Assembly (NCBI GenBank): GCA_965208675.1 | Contig: OZ242351.1 | Coordinates: forward strand, 3,584,001 to 3,648,000 | Source of the DNA: Candidatus Poribacteria bacterium | Lineage (GTDB): Bacteria; Poribacteria; WGA-4E; PCPOR2b | DNA: 64,000 bases | Reading direction: 5' to 3' | Part shown: positions 20,472 to 32,868 of the stretch, one piece after another | Position numbering within the stretch: position 1 is the first letter of the stretch | Layout: each line of letters begins with the position of its first letter | The notes under the pieces: generated by a model | Seen by the model: only the letters and a program-made list of their open reading frames with translations | Database searches by the model: none | What the model was told of the DNA's origin: nothing | Translations under genes and position numbers: made by a program

Positions 20472-20747
20472 ATGCTATTTCCCATCATTTTCTTCATCTT
20501 AATCCCCCTCGTCGTCTGGATTGTCTTGCACACGGTTTCCAAACGGCGGGAAAAGCAAGACCCAACCGAGCAAATCGCCATGGAGGAGTGCGCGCTCTGC
20601 CACGAGGAATTTCCCGTCGACGAACTGATGGAAAAAGAGGTCGGCGGATACAGCAGAGTTTACTGTTTCTGCGGCGGTTGTATCGAAGGACTTTTCAGCG
20701 AATATCAGGCAAAACGAGAAGCCTCGATAGACGAATCGGGAAACTGA
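20472..20747 (+). CDS. Membrane-anchored small Zn-finger protein
   Basis: N-terminal TM; CALC..CFCGGC; abuts trpC. Confidence 0.7.
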   Translation: MLFPIIFFILIPLVVWIVLHTVSKRREKQDPTEQIAMEECALCHEEFPVDELMEKEVGGYSRVYCFCGGCIEGLFSEYQAKREASIDESGN

Positions 20748-21548
20748 ATGAAAGAAAAAACGCCTTCAATCCTGCACACCATTGTCACCCACAAACACAA
20801 AGAACTCAAACAAGATCAGTGCCGCCTCCCGTTGGCTGCGTTGAAAGAGAGACTCACGAATCAGCCGCCTACGCGGGATTTCCGATCCGCACTGTCCTCT
20901 CCAAGCCGCATCAATCTCATCGCTGAAGTTAAGAAAAAATCGCCAAGCAAAGGCGTTTTGCGCGAAGATTTCGATCCGGTTGCGATTGCCGGAACCTATG
21001 CCGCAGCCGGCGCATCTGCGGTTTCCGTGCTGACGGATGCTCAGTTTTTCGACGGTCATCTCATGTATCTCACCGCGATTCGCCGTGCGGTGGATATTCC
21101 GCTGCTGCGAAAAGATTTCACCGTCGGCCCATACCAGATTTATCAAGCCCGCCTCGCCGGCGCAGACGCAATTCTGCTGATTGCGGCAATCCTGACGTTA
21201 GCGCAACTGCGCGAATTTACCCAAATTGCTAAAACCCTCAACCTCGCCAGCCTTGTCGAAGTGCATACCGAGAAAGAATTAGAACTCGCGCTGCGCGCAG
21301 ACGCAGAAATCATCGGCGTCAACAACCGCAACCTCGAAACCTTCGAGACGGACATCGCAACTACTTTCCGCTTGATTGAATCCATCCCAACGGATAAAAT
21401 TGTCGTGAGCGAAAGCGGCATCTACACCCGAGAGGACGTTGAAGCGCTGCGCGACGCCGGCGTCAACGCCATTCTAGTCGGCGAGTCGTTGATGCGCTCT
21501 CCAGATATCGAGCACAAAATCAAGGAACTATTGGGAGACTGGCAGTGA
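20748..21548 (+). CDS. trpC: Indole-3-glycerol phosphate synthase
   Basis: LIAEVKKKSPSKG, SVLTD, PLLRKDF, LVEVH, GVNNRNL, SESGI, LVGESLM. Confidence 0.97.
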   Translation: MKEKTPSILHTIVTHKHKELKQDQCRLPLAALKERLTNQPPTRDFRSALSSPSRINLIAEVKKKSPSKGVLREDFDPVAIAGTYAAAGASAVSVLTDAQFFDGHLMYLTAIRRAVDIPLLRKDFTVGPYQIYQARLAGADAILLIAAILTLAQLREFTQIAKTLNLASLVEVHTEKELELALRADAEIIGVNNRNLETFETDIATTFRLIESIPTDKIVVSESGIYTREDVEALRDAGVNAILVGESLMRSPDIEHKIKELLGDWQ

Positions 21549-21665
21549 CCCCAATTGTTTGGACACGAAATTGCGGATGTTAAGGAGGTATTTTGAAGTT
21601 TAGGACTCACGTACAACTGTGTTAGTGCTGCGTTGTTAATTCAAGATTAAATATCGATTGGTGTT

Positions 21666-22485
21666 CTAGTGTGCATTATACGCGGCCTCGAATTCAGCGG
21701 GTGTCCTATAGCCTAGCGCTGAATGAGGCCTTTTCTGATTATACACGACATCTAATACTGGACTAAGTTGGTTGTATGCATCCCGGAAATCCTGATACTC
21801 GGAGTCAACGATATACTCGTCTTTGATTCTGCCAATCGTACTCTCAACGTATGGATTCTGCCACGGTTTGCCACGGTCCGTCATGGAAATGCGACACGCT
21901 ATCGCTCTCAATTGCTGGCAATACTTCTCAGCAATGTACTGTCCACCTCGGTCTGAATGATGGATTTGCGGACGATGCTGTCTTGCTAATGCTTTTCTCA
22001 AAGCCCCAGACAGCAGGTTAACTGACATGTTTTTTTGATCAGCCCCTTATGGTTCGAGTAAAAACATCAAACAATAATGCCAGATAAGCCATTTGACCAC
22101 TAGCCAGTGGAATATAGGTGATATCTGCACACCAAATCTGGTCAGGATAAGAGACCGATAAATCTTTGAGCAAATTCGGATACGCATATCGTCCGGGTTG
22201 ACTGTTGGTGGTAATCACCCGCTTTCGCCTAGGACGTACCTGAAGCCCTAGTGCGCCAACCAGACGTTGCACCCGTTTTCGGTTGACAACCAATCCTTGA
22301 CGATGCAGTTCATTTGTGATTCTGCGATACCCATAGCGGTGATGTGATAAGCGTATTTGCTCGATATGCCGGCAAAGCTGAGCATCACCATCGGCTTTGG
22401 AATCGTAATAGAAACTGCTTCGAGACAAACCTAGCACATTACACAGTAGGCTAATGGGAAATGCTTTGCTGCCGCGTTTCGCCAA
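21666..22485 (-). pseudogene. IS3 OrfB DDE transposase, disrupted by stop + frameshift near 22040
   Basis: YGYRR, WCADITY, HHSDRGGQY, NPYVES, RPHSALGY; TGA at the conserved GW position and a frame change. Confidence 0.88.
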
Positions 22486-22499
22486 TTCCCGTTTCTGCT

Positions 22500-22793
22500 T
22501 TATCGAGAGTCGAAGTAACTCAATACTTTTTTTGAGGCAGACAGCTCCAGTGTCAATTGCCCGACGAGACGCTCCAGTTCAGCGATGCGCGCATTGGAGG
22601 CGTTCTTGTGGTTCTGTTCACCCACAAAGAGATTTGCGGCGTTTTCCATGAAGTGTTGGCGCCATTTGGACAGTAAGGTATCGCTGATTTGATATTCGTT
22701 ACAAATTTCAACTGGGCGTTTCCGCCCACTGATGATATCTAGTACACATTCGAGCTTAAATTCGGGTGTAAATTGCCGTCTTGTCTTCGACAT
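22500..22793 (-). CDS. IS3 OrfA (HTH)
   Basis: RRQFTPEFK, LERLVGQLTLE, A7G slippery site. Confidence 0.9.
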   Translation of the reverse strand: MSKTRRQFTPEFKLECVLDIISGRKRPVEICNEYQISDTLLSKWRQHFMENAANLFVGEQNHKNASNARIAELERLVGQLTLELSASKKVLSYFDSR

Positions 22794-22894
22794 GATAGCC
22801 CCTTTCTGGACGGTTAGTCATTATAAAATCCTTCTTAGCTCACTGTCCAGTTTTTTGGGGTCATTCCAACTAGGACTACTAAATAGCAGTTTTT

Positions 22895-23800
22895 GTAGGT
22901 TGGGTTAAGCGATCAACTGACCGAATAGGGAAGGCGGTAGTCTTCTCAAATCCTCCCCTTTGACAAGGGGGAGCTAGAGGGGGTCGAGTTATTGTAGGTT
23001 GGGTTAAGCGATGATCGCCAAAAAATGTAGGAATGTCATGTGCGTTCGAGATTTGATTGTGGTAGAAAATTTGTTAGAGGTAGCGAACCCAACGCTTTTT
23101 GGTTATTGGCATGTGTTCAGATTACCGGAGTCGGTTCGGGCTTACGAAAAGCGTTGGGTTACGCTTTATTGATTTTTGCAATCGCGCGGCGCAATATCAG
23201 TGGCATTTTTATTCCGTCTTTACGAATTTGATACAAGTTGCTTTACCCAACCTACAGGACTATTGGAAGCGTAGGCACCTCAAAAAGCAGTGGAAAACAA
23301 CCCTTACATTAGGACCCCAACCGCATCGGCGGGCGGTAAAAACACTCATTGGTTTGTGGGAGAGGCTTCCTAGCCTCGATTATTAATTCGTTTTTGTAGG
23401 TTGGGTTAAGCGATCAACTGAGCGAATAGCGGGTGCCATAGAGATTCTCAGGTCTATTCAACGCGGATTCTCCACGCACGAAAGCGCTAGCGGGGCGACA
23501 GGTATATTTACTTTGGAATGAACCAATGACCGCCGATTATGCTCAGTTCTTGTAGGTCGAGTTAAGCCAACGGCGAAGCCCAACGATCGAGCGACTGAAT
23601 AAGGAGCGCGATAGTCTTCTCCCAAATCCAATTCCGTCCCTCCCAGAATACACCGCAACGTACTCCATACGATTAATCGAGTTCATGTTAACGATGCTAG
23701 ACGATAGGAATCCCCCTCCTTACCAAGGAGGAAGGAGGTTGTCCTTGTAGTCTGAGTTAAAATCAACCAATCATCGAACAGATTTGCGAAGGCGATAGTC
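22895..23800. repeat. Cluster of REP-like GTAGGTTGGGTTAAGCG / ACCCAACCTAC elements and CCCTCCTTnnnAAGGAGGG palindromes
   Basis: Copies at 22895, 22994, 23396, 23552, reverse ~23245; also 19994, 20034, 29420, 32057, ~35574, ~48195, 48522, 51434. Confidence 0.85.
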
Positions 23801-24064
23801 TTCACCAACCCACGCCAAATTCCCGTCTTATCATTACCGCAAAATCAAATTATCGATTCCCCCACCTCGCATTCTTCCAAAGACCCAAAATCAACATTAC
23901 GGTGTCGAGAGGTGAATATAGACCTATACCCTTCCGCGGCCCTCGATGAATCCGGACATTCTCTTGAATTTTTTTTGATTTCGACGCTTAATTGAAAAAA
24001 ACTTTCACCTGCCAAGAAAAACAGTTACGCATAAACGCCCCCGCCGCCTCAAACCCTAATCGGC

Positions 24065-24181
24065 TGTCCCAAAATGGGACGGATTCCCATTTTGGGAAAA
24101 ACGCCCGCATCCCGCTCCATTACTGGATTTGCGCCGATTTTCTTCCATTTTTCCCTTTTTAAAAAGTCTCATTTTGGGACA
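24065..24181. promoter_or_regulatory. Three palindromic operator/enhancer boxes (TGTCCCAAAATGRGAC-like)
   Basis: 24065-24080, 24084-24099, 24166-24181; 120-235 bp upstream of the sigma54 motif. Confidence 0.6.
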
Positions 24182-24299
24182 CATGCCCCCATCCACCATC
24201 GCACATCTCTGCCCGACCGAACCCGCCGAACCCTATAAAGATCAGTCTATGACAGGGTTTATCCGTCTGTAAGCCCTAACACGCGCCTTCAACTACGCG

Positions 24300-24316
24300 T
24301 TGGCATGGTTTTTGCC
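24300..24316 (+). promoter_or_regulatory. sigma54 (-24/-12) promoter
   Basis: TTGGCATGGTTTTTGC, GG-N10-GC. Confidence 0.7.
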
Positions 24317-24588
24317 TAGTAATAAAGCGTCTGAAGACCATGGTGTAAATAGATTTCACTTACTTGATACGAAACCGCATCAAATGACTTTTCAAACAAT
24401 TTCTAACGAATAAACCAATCATGAATTCGTAAATCCTTTTTCGCAAAAAATCTTCGGATTCATAATAAAGGAAATGAACCCCGTACCAATTGAAACACAA
24501 CAATTAGTTTAGACCTTCTCCAATCTGGGGCGGGTCTAATTTATAGAAATTCAAGAAACTGGTAGTAGGTCCGATTCAGGAGGCAAAA

Positions 24589-24939
24589 ATGGAAGTGGAT
24601 AAGGATATCGTCATCGGCATAGCAATTGAGTCGTGGCGGTTAAGACGGGTCTTTGAACGTTTGCTCACCAAGCTTGAAATCGAAGAGCAGCATCGATACA
24701 AAAACCAGTTGCGATGGTTTGAAAAGAAATTGGAGGAGTTTCTTACGCAAATCGGTTGGCAGGTTGTTGATGTCGAAGGACAACCGTTCGATCCGGGCAT
24801 GGCTGCCACGCCGTTAAACATTGAGGATTTTGACTCTAAAGATTCCTTGATGGTTGATCAGATGCTTGAGCCGATTATCATGGGGAAAGTCGGATTGGTA
24901 AAAACAGGCACAGTCATTCTAAAAAGGGAGGAATTATGA
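24589..24939 (+). CDS. Short divergent GrpE-like protein
   Basis: AGGAGG RBS; GQPFDPG and terminal G.V.L resemble the GrpE beta-domain; ATGA overlap with Hsp70. Confidence 0.65.
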   Translation: MEVDKDIVIGIAIESWRLRRVFERLLTKLEIEEQHRYKNQLRWFEKKLEEFLTQIGWQVVDVEGQPFDPGMAATPLNIEDFDSKDSLMVDQMLEPIIMGKVGLVKTGTVILKREEL

Positions 24940-27545
24940 AAAATTTTGTCGGTATTGACCTAGGAACGACAAACAGCGCCATCTGCTCCTACGATGGCTC
25001 CGAAACGCGAATCTGGAAGAGTCCCGAGACAAACGACGTAACACCTTCTGCAATCTATATTGACCGCCGTGGAAATAAGTATTTCGGCCAAAGGGCTTAC
25101 AATTCTGCGCCTAGGAGCCCAGATAACGCCGCAACGCTGTTCAAACGCCTCATGGGTACGAGCACGCCCGTTGAACTTTCCGCAGCCGGCGTTACCCTAA
25201 CCCCAGAGGAGTGCTCTGCAGAAATATTGAAGGTGCTGTTTGGTTATCTGCCAGAAGAAATCCGGAATGACTCTGATACAGGCACTGTCATCACGGTACC
25301 TGCGGCATTTAATCAGATGCAGAAAGATGCCACTATGCAGGCTGCAAATATGGCTGGCATAGGCAAAGTCGCGCTCATGCAAGAACCGGTCGCGGCCGTG
25401 ATGAGCGTTATGCGAACGCGAAAAACCGATGGTATGTTCCTCATTTATGACATTGGAGGAGGTACGACCGACATAGCTATCGCTGAAAGTATCGGTGGGA
25501 GAGTGAACCTTCTCGCCCACGGCGGGATTCAAATGTGTGGAGGACGCGACTTCGATCGCGCGCTCGTTGACAACGTTGTTCGTCCTTGGTTGCTTGCGAC
25601 CTGTGAATTACCTGAAGACTTCTCCGTAAACCCGACCTTCAAATCGCTCATCCGCCTAGCCACTTGGGCAACCGAGCGCGCCAAGATTGAACTCTCGTCA
25701 CGTGAGGAGGCGGTGATTAGACTTGATGAAATGGATGCGAGGACACAAGATTTAAACGGTGATGAAATCTACCTTGATATTCCACTGTCCCGGGAAACTC
25801 TCGACCATCTGATTTCCGAGCGTGAAAGCGAAACCATTGACGCCGCTCGTGAGGCCCTCTCGCAAGCCGGCCTCACGCCCCACGATATGGAATGCATCGT
25901 GTGGGTCGGCGGTCCAACTAATTACAAACCCTTGCGGGACAAAGTTACTTTTGAATTAGGAATTGCTGGTCACATGGATGTGAACCCAATGACCGCCGTG
26001 GCTGAAGGGGCGAGTCTTTTTGCTGAATCCATTGACTGGAGTTCCCGAAGCCGCTCGCGGAAGGATATTCGCGGACAGATTTCCGCGCAAGGTGAACTCG
26101 AATTGAATTTCAGGTACATCGCCCGCACACCGACAGACAACACCCAGATTGGTGTTCAACTGGCGGGACAAGTAGCTCCTGGTTCTGAATTTCAGATCGA
26201 CAGTGTTGATACCGGATGGACTTCCGGTCGCTTGCGACTAGTACACGGCGTAACCATAGACGTAGCTTTAACACAGGACGGGATGAACACCTTTGCGGTG
26301 TCCGCTTTCGATGCTGTGGGCGAACCCATAGCCCTTGAACAGAATGAGATTGTTATCTCGAAAACTGCTGCTACCGTTGACGCCATTCCGGCGTCGCACT
26401 CAATGGCGCTAGAGGTCCTGGACAAGCTTGGGGGGCAGCCGGTACTCAAATATCTGGTTCGGAAGGGCGACCCACTGCCCAAAAAAGGCAAAATGGTGGT
26501 TAAGGCCGGTGAACCGCTTAAAGCTGGATCATCCGGCTATCTCAATTTTAAGCTGTGGGAGGGTGAAATTCAGAATCCCATTAAGGACAACCGCTGGATT
26601 GGTGCGATTATAATAACTGGAGAAGACTTCGATTACGGTGTGATTCCTACTGGCGCCGACCTTGTCTGTGATTATGAGATTTCCGACTCAGGGAATCTCG
26701 GGATTGAAGTCTCCGTTCCAAGTATCGGCGCAACTTTCAGCTCGGATAAGAACTTCTATTCAAGCGAGGACGCGAAAATCAACAACAAATCGGTTTCTGT
26801 TCGGACAGCTGTTGCCGATGAAGTGGCGGACACGATGAACCGGATTGATGAAATCAAGAAATCCGTAGATGACACGAAACTGGAGCAAGCTAGACAAAAA
26901 CTTGTATCCGCTGCGGCACTCAATCCCGATGAAACGGACGCTGAAAATGTGCAAGAGGCAAGCGAAAGGGTGTTGGAGGCAAAGAAACTCCTTGCTCAAG
27001 TTAGAGAAGCGAACCTCAAGGAATTTCGTCAAGCCGAACTTTCCAGGGTGGTTGGATCATTTGAGCATGTCCGCCGATTTGCCCGCACATCAGAGTCGGA
27101 AGCATTCGACAAGCTAACGGCAACTGCGCAGCACGCTATTGACAGCAATGACAACAACTTCGAAGGGTATTTAGATGAGCTTAAGGGAAAGAACTTTGAC
27201 CTGTGGTGGCGCCAACCATGGTTTATTATTGAACAGTTCAAGCGATTTGCGAGTTCGCCTGAGCGATTTGCGAGTTCGCCTGAGCGATTTGCGAGTTCGC
27301 CTGAGCGATTTGCGAGTTCGCCTGAGCGATTTGCCGACAAGGGACGTTTCGAGGAACTTGTCACAATCGGATCGCAATTCCTGCCGAAAGACATCAGCCC
27401 TGACGGGAAGGGTACTGGATTTATAGATCCCGAAGACATTAAGCGACTGCGTCCTGTTGTCGCCGAAATGTACCAGCTTCAATATGAAGGAGGTCCAGGT
27501 ACGAAGGGCATTGAGGATTTGGTGGTCAACATCATCGGAGGTTGA
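24936..27545 (+). CDS. Atypical long Hsp70-family protein (not housekeeping DnaK)
   Basis: [35 protein letters not shown]; extended divergent C-terminal half. Confidence 0.92.
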   Translation: MKNFVGIDLGTTNSAICSYDGSETRIWKSPETNDVTPSAIYIDRRGNKYFGQRAYNSAPRSPDNAATLFKRLMGTSTPVELSAAGVTLTPEECSAEILKVLFGYLPEEIRNDSDTGTVITVPAAFNQMQKDATMQAANMAGIGKVALMQEPVAAVMSVMRTRKTDGMFLIYDIGGGTTDIAIAESIGGRVNLLAHGGIQMCGGRDFDRALVDNVVRPWLLATCELPEDFSVNPTFKSLIRLATWATERAKIELSSREEAVIRLDEMDARTQDLNGDEIYLDIPLSRETLDHLISERESETIDAAREALSQAGLTPHDMECIVWVGGPTNYKPLRDKVTFELGIAGHMDVNPMTAVAEGASLFAESIDWSSRSRSRKDIRGQISAQGELELNFRYIARTPTDNTQIGVQLAGQVAPGSEFQIDSVDTGWTSGRLRLVHGVTIDVALTQDGMNTFAVSAFDAVGEPIALEQNEIVISKTAATVDAIPASHSMALEVLDKLGGQPVLKYLVRKGDPLPKKGKMVVKAGEPLKAGSSGYLNFKLWEGEIQNPIKDNRWIGAIIITGEDFDYGVIPTGADLVCDYEISDSGNLGIEVSVPSIGATFSSDKNFYSSEDAKINNKSVSVRTAVADEVADTMNRIDEIKKSVDDTKLEQARQKLVSAAALNPDETDAENVQEASERVLEAKKLLAQVREANLKEFRQAELSRVVGSFEHVRRFARTSESEAFDKLTATAQHAIDSNDNNFEGYLDELKGKNFDLWWRQPWFIIEQFKRFASSPERFASSPERFASSPERFASSPERFADKGRFEELVTIGSQFLPKDISPDGKGTGFIDPEDIKRLRPVVAEMYQLQYEGGPGTKGIEDLVVNIIGG
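27241..27334 (+). repeat. Perfect 21-bp in-frame tandem repeat x4.5 (RFASSPE)
   Basis: (agcgatttgcgagttcgcctg)4 + agcgatttgc. Confidence 0.97.
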
Positions 27546-27678
27546 TTAGTAAGATGGCATTACACTTTTTGGGCGTCGTTCGGAGAAATCTACAACCGTG
27601 TATTGCCTACCGCCAAATAACAATTGCGAGAAGTGTCGATACATCACATTCGTCAATCATTCTCAACCGGAAAAGTGC

Positions 27679-29428
<1,750 letters not shown>

Positions 29429-29458
29429 GTAACACCGAAGGCGAAACCCAACCTACAG

Positions 29459-29952
29459 AACCTTGTCCGTGGCTACAAGTTGTCGGACTAGAGCAACCTC
29501 TAAATTGAGGTTTTTGTTCCGAGTATCGGTGCCACATTCATCTCGGCGAAGAACCTTCATTCAAACAAGGTCGGGAGAATCAACAACAAATCAGTATCTG
29601 CTCAGTCAATTGTTGCTGATGAGGTAGCGCAAACGATGAAACGCGTTGATGAAATCAAGGGAACCGAAGATGAGGCGAAACTAGAACAGGTTAGACAATG
29701 AATAGTATCCGCTGCGACATTTGATCCCGATGAAACGGACGCTGAGAATGAGCGTATTGAAGAACTTGTCGCATTTGGATTGCAATTCTTGCCGAAAGAC
29801 ATCAGCCCTGACGGGATAGGACTGGGTTTATTGAGTCCGAAGACATTAAAAGACTGCGTCCTGTTGCCGCCGAAATGTACCAGCTTCAATATGAAGGAGA
29901 CCCAGGCACGAAGGGCATTGAGGATTGGGCGGTCAACATCATCAGGGGTTGA
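29459..29952 (+). pseudogene. Degenerate duplicate of the 3' part of the atypical Hsp70
   Basis: Aligns to ~26660-26950 and ~27345-27545; ~400-bp deletion, in-frame TGA, frameshift. Confidence 0.85.
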
Positions 29953-30085
29953 ATAGTAAAATTGAATTACATTTGGTAGGCTTCGTTCCGCATAATCTTC
30001 AATCGTGTAATGAGTACCGCTGAATAGTATTAGCGAGAAGTTTCGATACATTGCATTCGTGAATCATTCACAACTGGACAAGTAC

Positions 30086-31990
30086 ATGGATTTCTTTCAG
30101 AATCCCTTTTATATCCTTAATGCTACGCCACAGGACAATCGCCGAAGGATTATGGAACTAGCAGATTCACGCAGTCTGGTTCACGATCCCGACGAGTGTA
30201 GAGAAGCGGCTGCTACTCTTACACATCCCCGACGACGGCTCTCCGCCGAAATGGCGTGGATGCTAGGTGTCCTCCCAAAACATGTTAATTCAGTGTTGTG
30301 GTACCTGGAATCGTCGGTACGAAATTTAATCGGAACGGACAAACTGGCGCAATTCAGAAACTGTCTAGGCATAAGCAAAATGACGCCCATCGCTAGCGCT
30401 AACTTGCTAGCTGCCGGCCTATCTCGCCTACCTGATTACCCATCGGACGTTGTCGCAAGTTGGATTGTTGAAGTTTCAGCGACATCTGAGGAAGTCAACC
30501 TAGAACAGGTTCGCGCGGTCATCAACTTGGAACGAAAGGTGTCCGGTTTCCCAACAGTGGACCTGTCCAATATAGAAGTGGAAATTCAAAATCTTTGGGA
30601 ATATTATCGGCAGGTCATGACATCCGCTTTGAATCATCTATCTCCCAAAGAACGCGCCGGAGTGATAACCAAAGTAGTTGAAGCGGTTACTGATGATGAA
30701 AAGCATTTACCGCGTTTGATTGATCGCTTGGTCGACTGGTATGAATTAGACGCTCAAGAATCTCTTGAGGAACACGAAAGGAAGATTGAAGAATTAGACG
30801 AGAAACTTCGATCTGAAGCTGATGACGAAGGTCCAGACTCAGCCTTGGCTACTATTGTCGACCAGCTAATTCAGAAGGTTAAAATCTGGGATGTCATTGC
30901 GCAACCAATTCAGGTTAGCAAAAAAAGTCAAGGGTTACCCCACGATGCAAGCAGCCGCGTAGCAAGACGTGTGCGCGAATTGGCAGTCCACCTATTTAAC
31001 GAATTTGACAAGCTCAATTTCTCACAAAAACTGACTAATATGCTCCGAGAAGTATTTGCAGAGGTTGCTGAAGTTGCTGAGCTACTTGAGGAGGACGCAA
31101 GAACTCTAGCCGAAGTCGCCAACAACCGTGCGCGCCTAAATGAAGGCTTGGAACAATACGAAAAGATTAAGGAACTGGTCGAAAAACTGCGAGCCGAGGC
31201 TGATGCGGAACGTCCTGATTCCATTTTGAGTCCGATGGTAAACCGACTCATTCAGACTGTCAAAAAATGGGATGTCTCCATACAACCCAATGAGGCAAAC
31301 ATTGCTGTAGCGAATCTTTTGCGGGAATCGGCACTTCACCTTTGGAATGAACATAGCAAGCTTGATTTTTCTCGGAAACTCACGGGTACGCTCCAGAAGG
31401 TGTTTGCTGCGGTTGATGAAGTTGCCCAGCGACTCGCCGAAGACGCAAAAACCCTAGCTGACATCGCCGCTCGGCGTGCACAACTGCTTAATATTGAGTC
31501 TCTAATAGAGAACCTACGCAAGGCGGCAAATCGGCAAAGCCCAAGTTCAATTTTGGCACCGATGGTTAATCAACTTATCCAAGCCATCAAAAATTGGGAT
31601 ATCACCGCGCATCCAACGGAAAGCCATGTGATGGCCGGGATCGTGCGAAACTTGGCGGTTGACCTTTTTAACGAACACAATATGTTGGACTTCTCTCGAC
31701 AACTCATATATGTACTCAAGGAGATGTTTGCTGACGGTAGCGAAGTTGCTGATCGAATTGCGGAAGATGTAAGAATCATAGATGAAATTGCTGTACGGCG
31801 TGCAGCAGACTATTTTGACTATGCTGGCATCATAGATCAGTTGAGACCAGAGACTGAACAATCGGAAACGAGTGCGACTCCAGAGAGTTTCACTATCCAG
31901 ACTAAACAAAGGGATGAAAATGGGTGTCTTGCAGTGTTCTTGATTGTAATTGGATTAATCGCATTTTTTGCGCTAATCATTAGCTTTTAG
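30086..31990 (+). CDS. J-like N-terminus + three ~100-aa helical repeats + C-terminal TM
   Basis: NPFYILNA..HDPD..LTHPRRR; repeats P.S.L...V.QLIQ.+K.WD..LFNE..LDFS; GCLAVFLIVIGL tail. Confidence 0.85.
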   Translation: MDFFQNPFYILNATPQDNRRRIMELADSRSLVHDPDECREAAATLTHPRRRLSAEMAWMLGVLPKHVNSVLWYLESSVRNLIGTDKLAQFRNCLGISKMTPIASANLLAAGLSRLPDYPSDVVASWIVEVSATSEEVNLEQVRAVINLERKVSGFPTVDLSNIEVEIQNLWEYYRQVMTSALNHLSPKERAGVITKVVEAVTDDEKHLPRLIDRLVDWYELDAQESLEEHERKIEELDEKLRSEADDEGPDSALATIVDQLIQKVKIWDVIAQPIQVSKKSQGLPHDASSRVARRVRELAVHLFNEFDKLNFSQKLTNMLREVFAEVAEVAELLEEDARTLAEVANNRARLNEGLEQYEKIKELVEKLRAEADAERPDSILSPMVNRLIQTVKKWDVSIQPNEANIAVANLLRESALHLWNEHSKLDFSRKLTGTLQKVFAAVDEVAQRLAEDAKTLADIAARRAQLLNIESLIENLRKAANRQSPSSILAPMVNQLIQAIKNWDITAHPTESHVMAGIVRNLAVDLFNEHNMLDFSRQLIYVLKEMFADGSEVADRIAEDVRIIDEIAVRRAADYFDYAGIIDQLRPETEQSETSATPESFTIQTKQRDENGCLAVFLIVIGLIAFFALIISF

Positions 31991-32868
31991 CAAGTTGTTG
32001 AGACAAATGGCAAAGCCGATGGCGTTCAACTTAATGCGTGGCGTTTCGACACTAGTGTAGGTTGGGGTGAACGATTAAAGGCAAATCCCTATCGTGGGCA
32101 ATCCTGCTACAAGACGGACTCATAGATGAATCAAACGTCGAAAGCTACACGTGATGCACGGCGTTTCTGGTTGATAATTCTCAACCCAACCCACTCGATT
32201 CAACTGATTCATAAAAATAACAAAAATGTGTGAAATTTCGTGACGTTTTCTGACATCCCTTGATATTCCGTCAATATCGAAATGCATCCGAATCCGCATC
32301 ACAAGCGAATTTTATCGGGTTTCATAAGGCCGTCTTCCACATCACATACCACCTCGAAAAATGTGACGTGGTGTGAGGTGTTGTGACATCCAGTGGTGTG
32401 GTTTGAGTTGATTGTTTGGATTTGCTATTGGCTCAACCCAACCTCCCCTAATCCCTCCTTCGTAAGGAGGGGGATGAATATTGAATGAACCGAAAAAGAT
32501 TGCCCACCCTGGGAGAGAGAACTATCGCGTTCCCTGTTCGGTCGCTTGTTCGTTGGGTTACGCTACGCCCAACAAGTTTCGAACGCAAACACCCGAACGA
32601 AGCCTTTCGTAATTATCCCCGTATTTCACCAACACCGCTCAACCATACCCATAGGATCAAAAAGAAGTTATCGCAAATGTACAGTAGTTAAGGTTGGCAA
32701 ATACAGTTAATTTACATGGTGTTCGGATTTATGTTCTCCGATATCAGGATTACGGATTCATGGATAAGCACGGAGTAGTCCCGCCAAGATTTGAATGGGA
32801 TAAGTGTACCGCCGATATAGTCCAAGTCCTTACAGTCCTCAAAACAGCCGAGAAAAACAGAAGGGTAG

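Larger units (their letters stand above)
21541..22868 (-). mobile_element. IS3-family insertion sequence (defective), 3-bp TSD ACT
   Basis: IRs TGGAATGACCCCAAAAAACTGGACA / GGCAGTGACCCCAATTGTTTGGACA; act on both flanks; orfA/orfB. Confidence 0.92.

Noticed and set aside
22039-22041. TGA recoding or readthrough in IS3 OrfB
   Set aside because: A frame change follows and TGA is a normal stop elsewhere; simple decay.
19994-23800. GTAGGTTGGGTTAAGCG repeats as CRISPR
   Set aside because: Irregular spacing, both orientations, dispersed across the window; REP-like.
27241-27334. 21-bp repeat as a CRISPR array
   Set aside because: Head-to-tail with no spacers, and in frame within a CDS.
29602-30051. 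149-aa minus-strand ORF
   Set aside because: Antisense shadow of the decayed Hsp70 duplicate.
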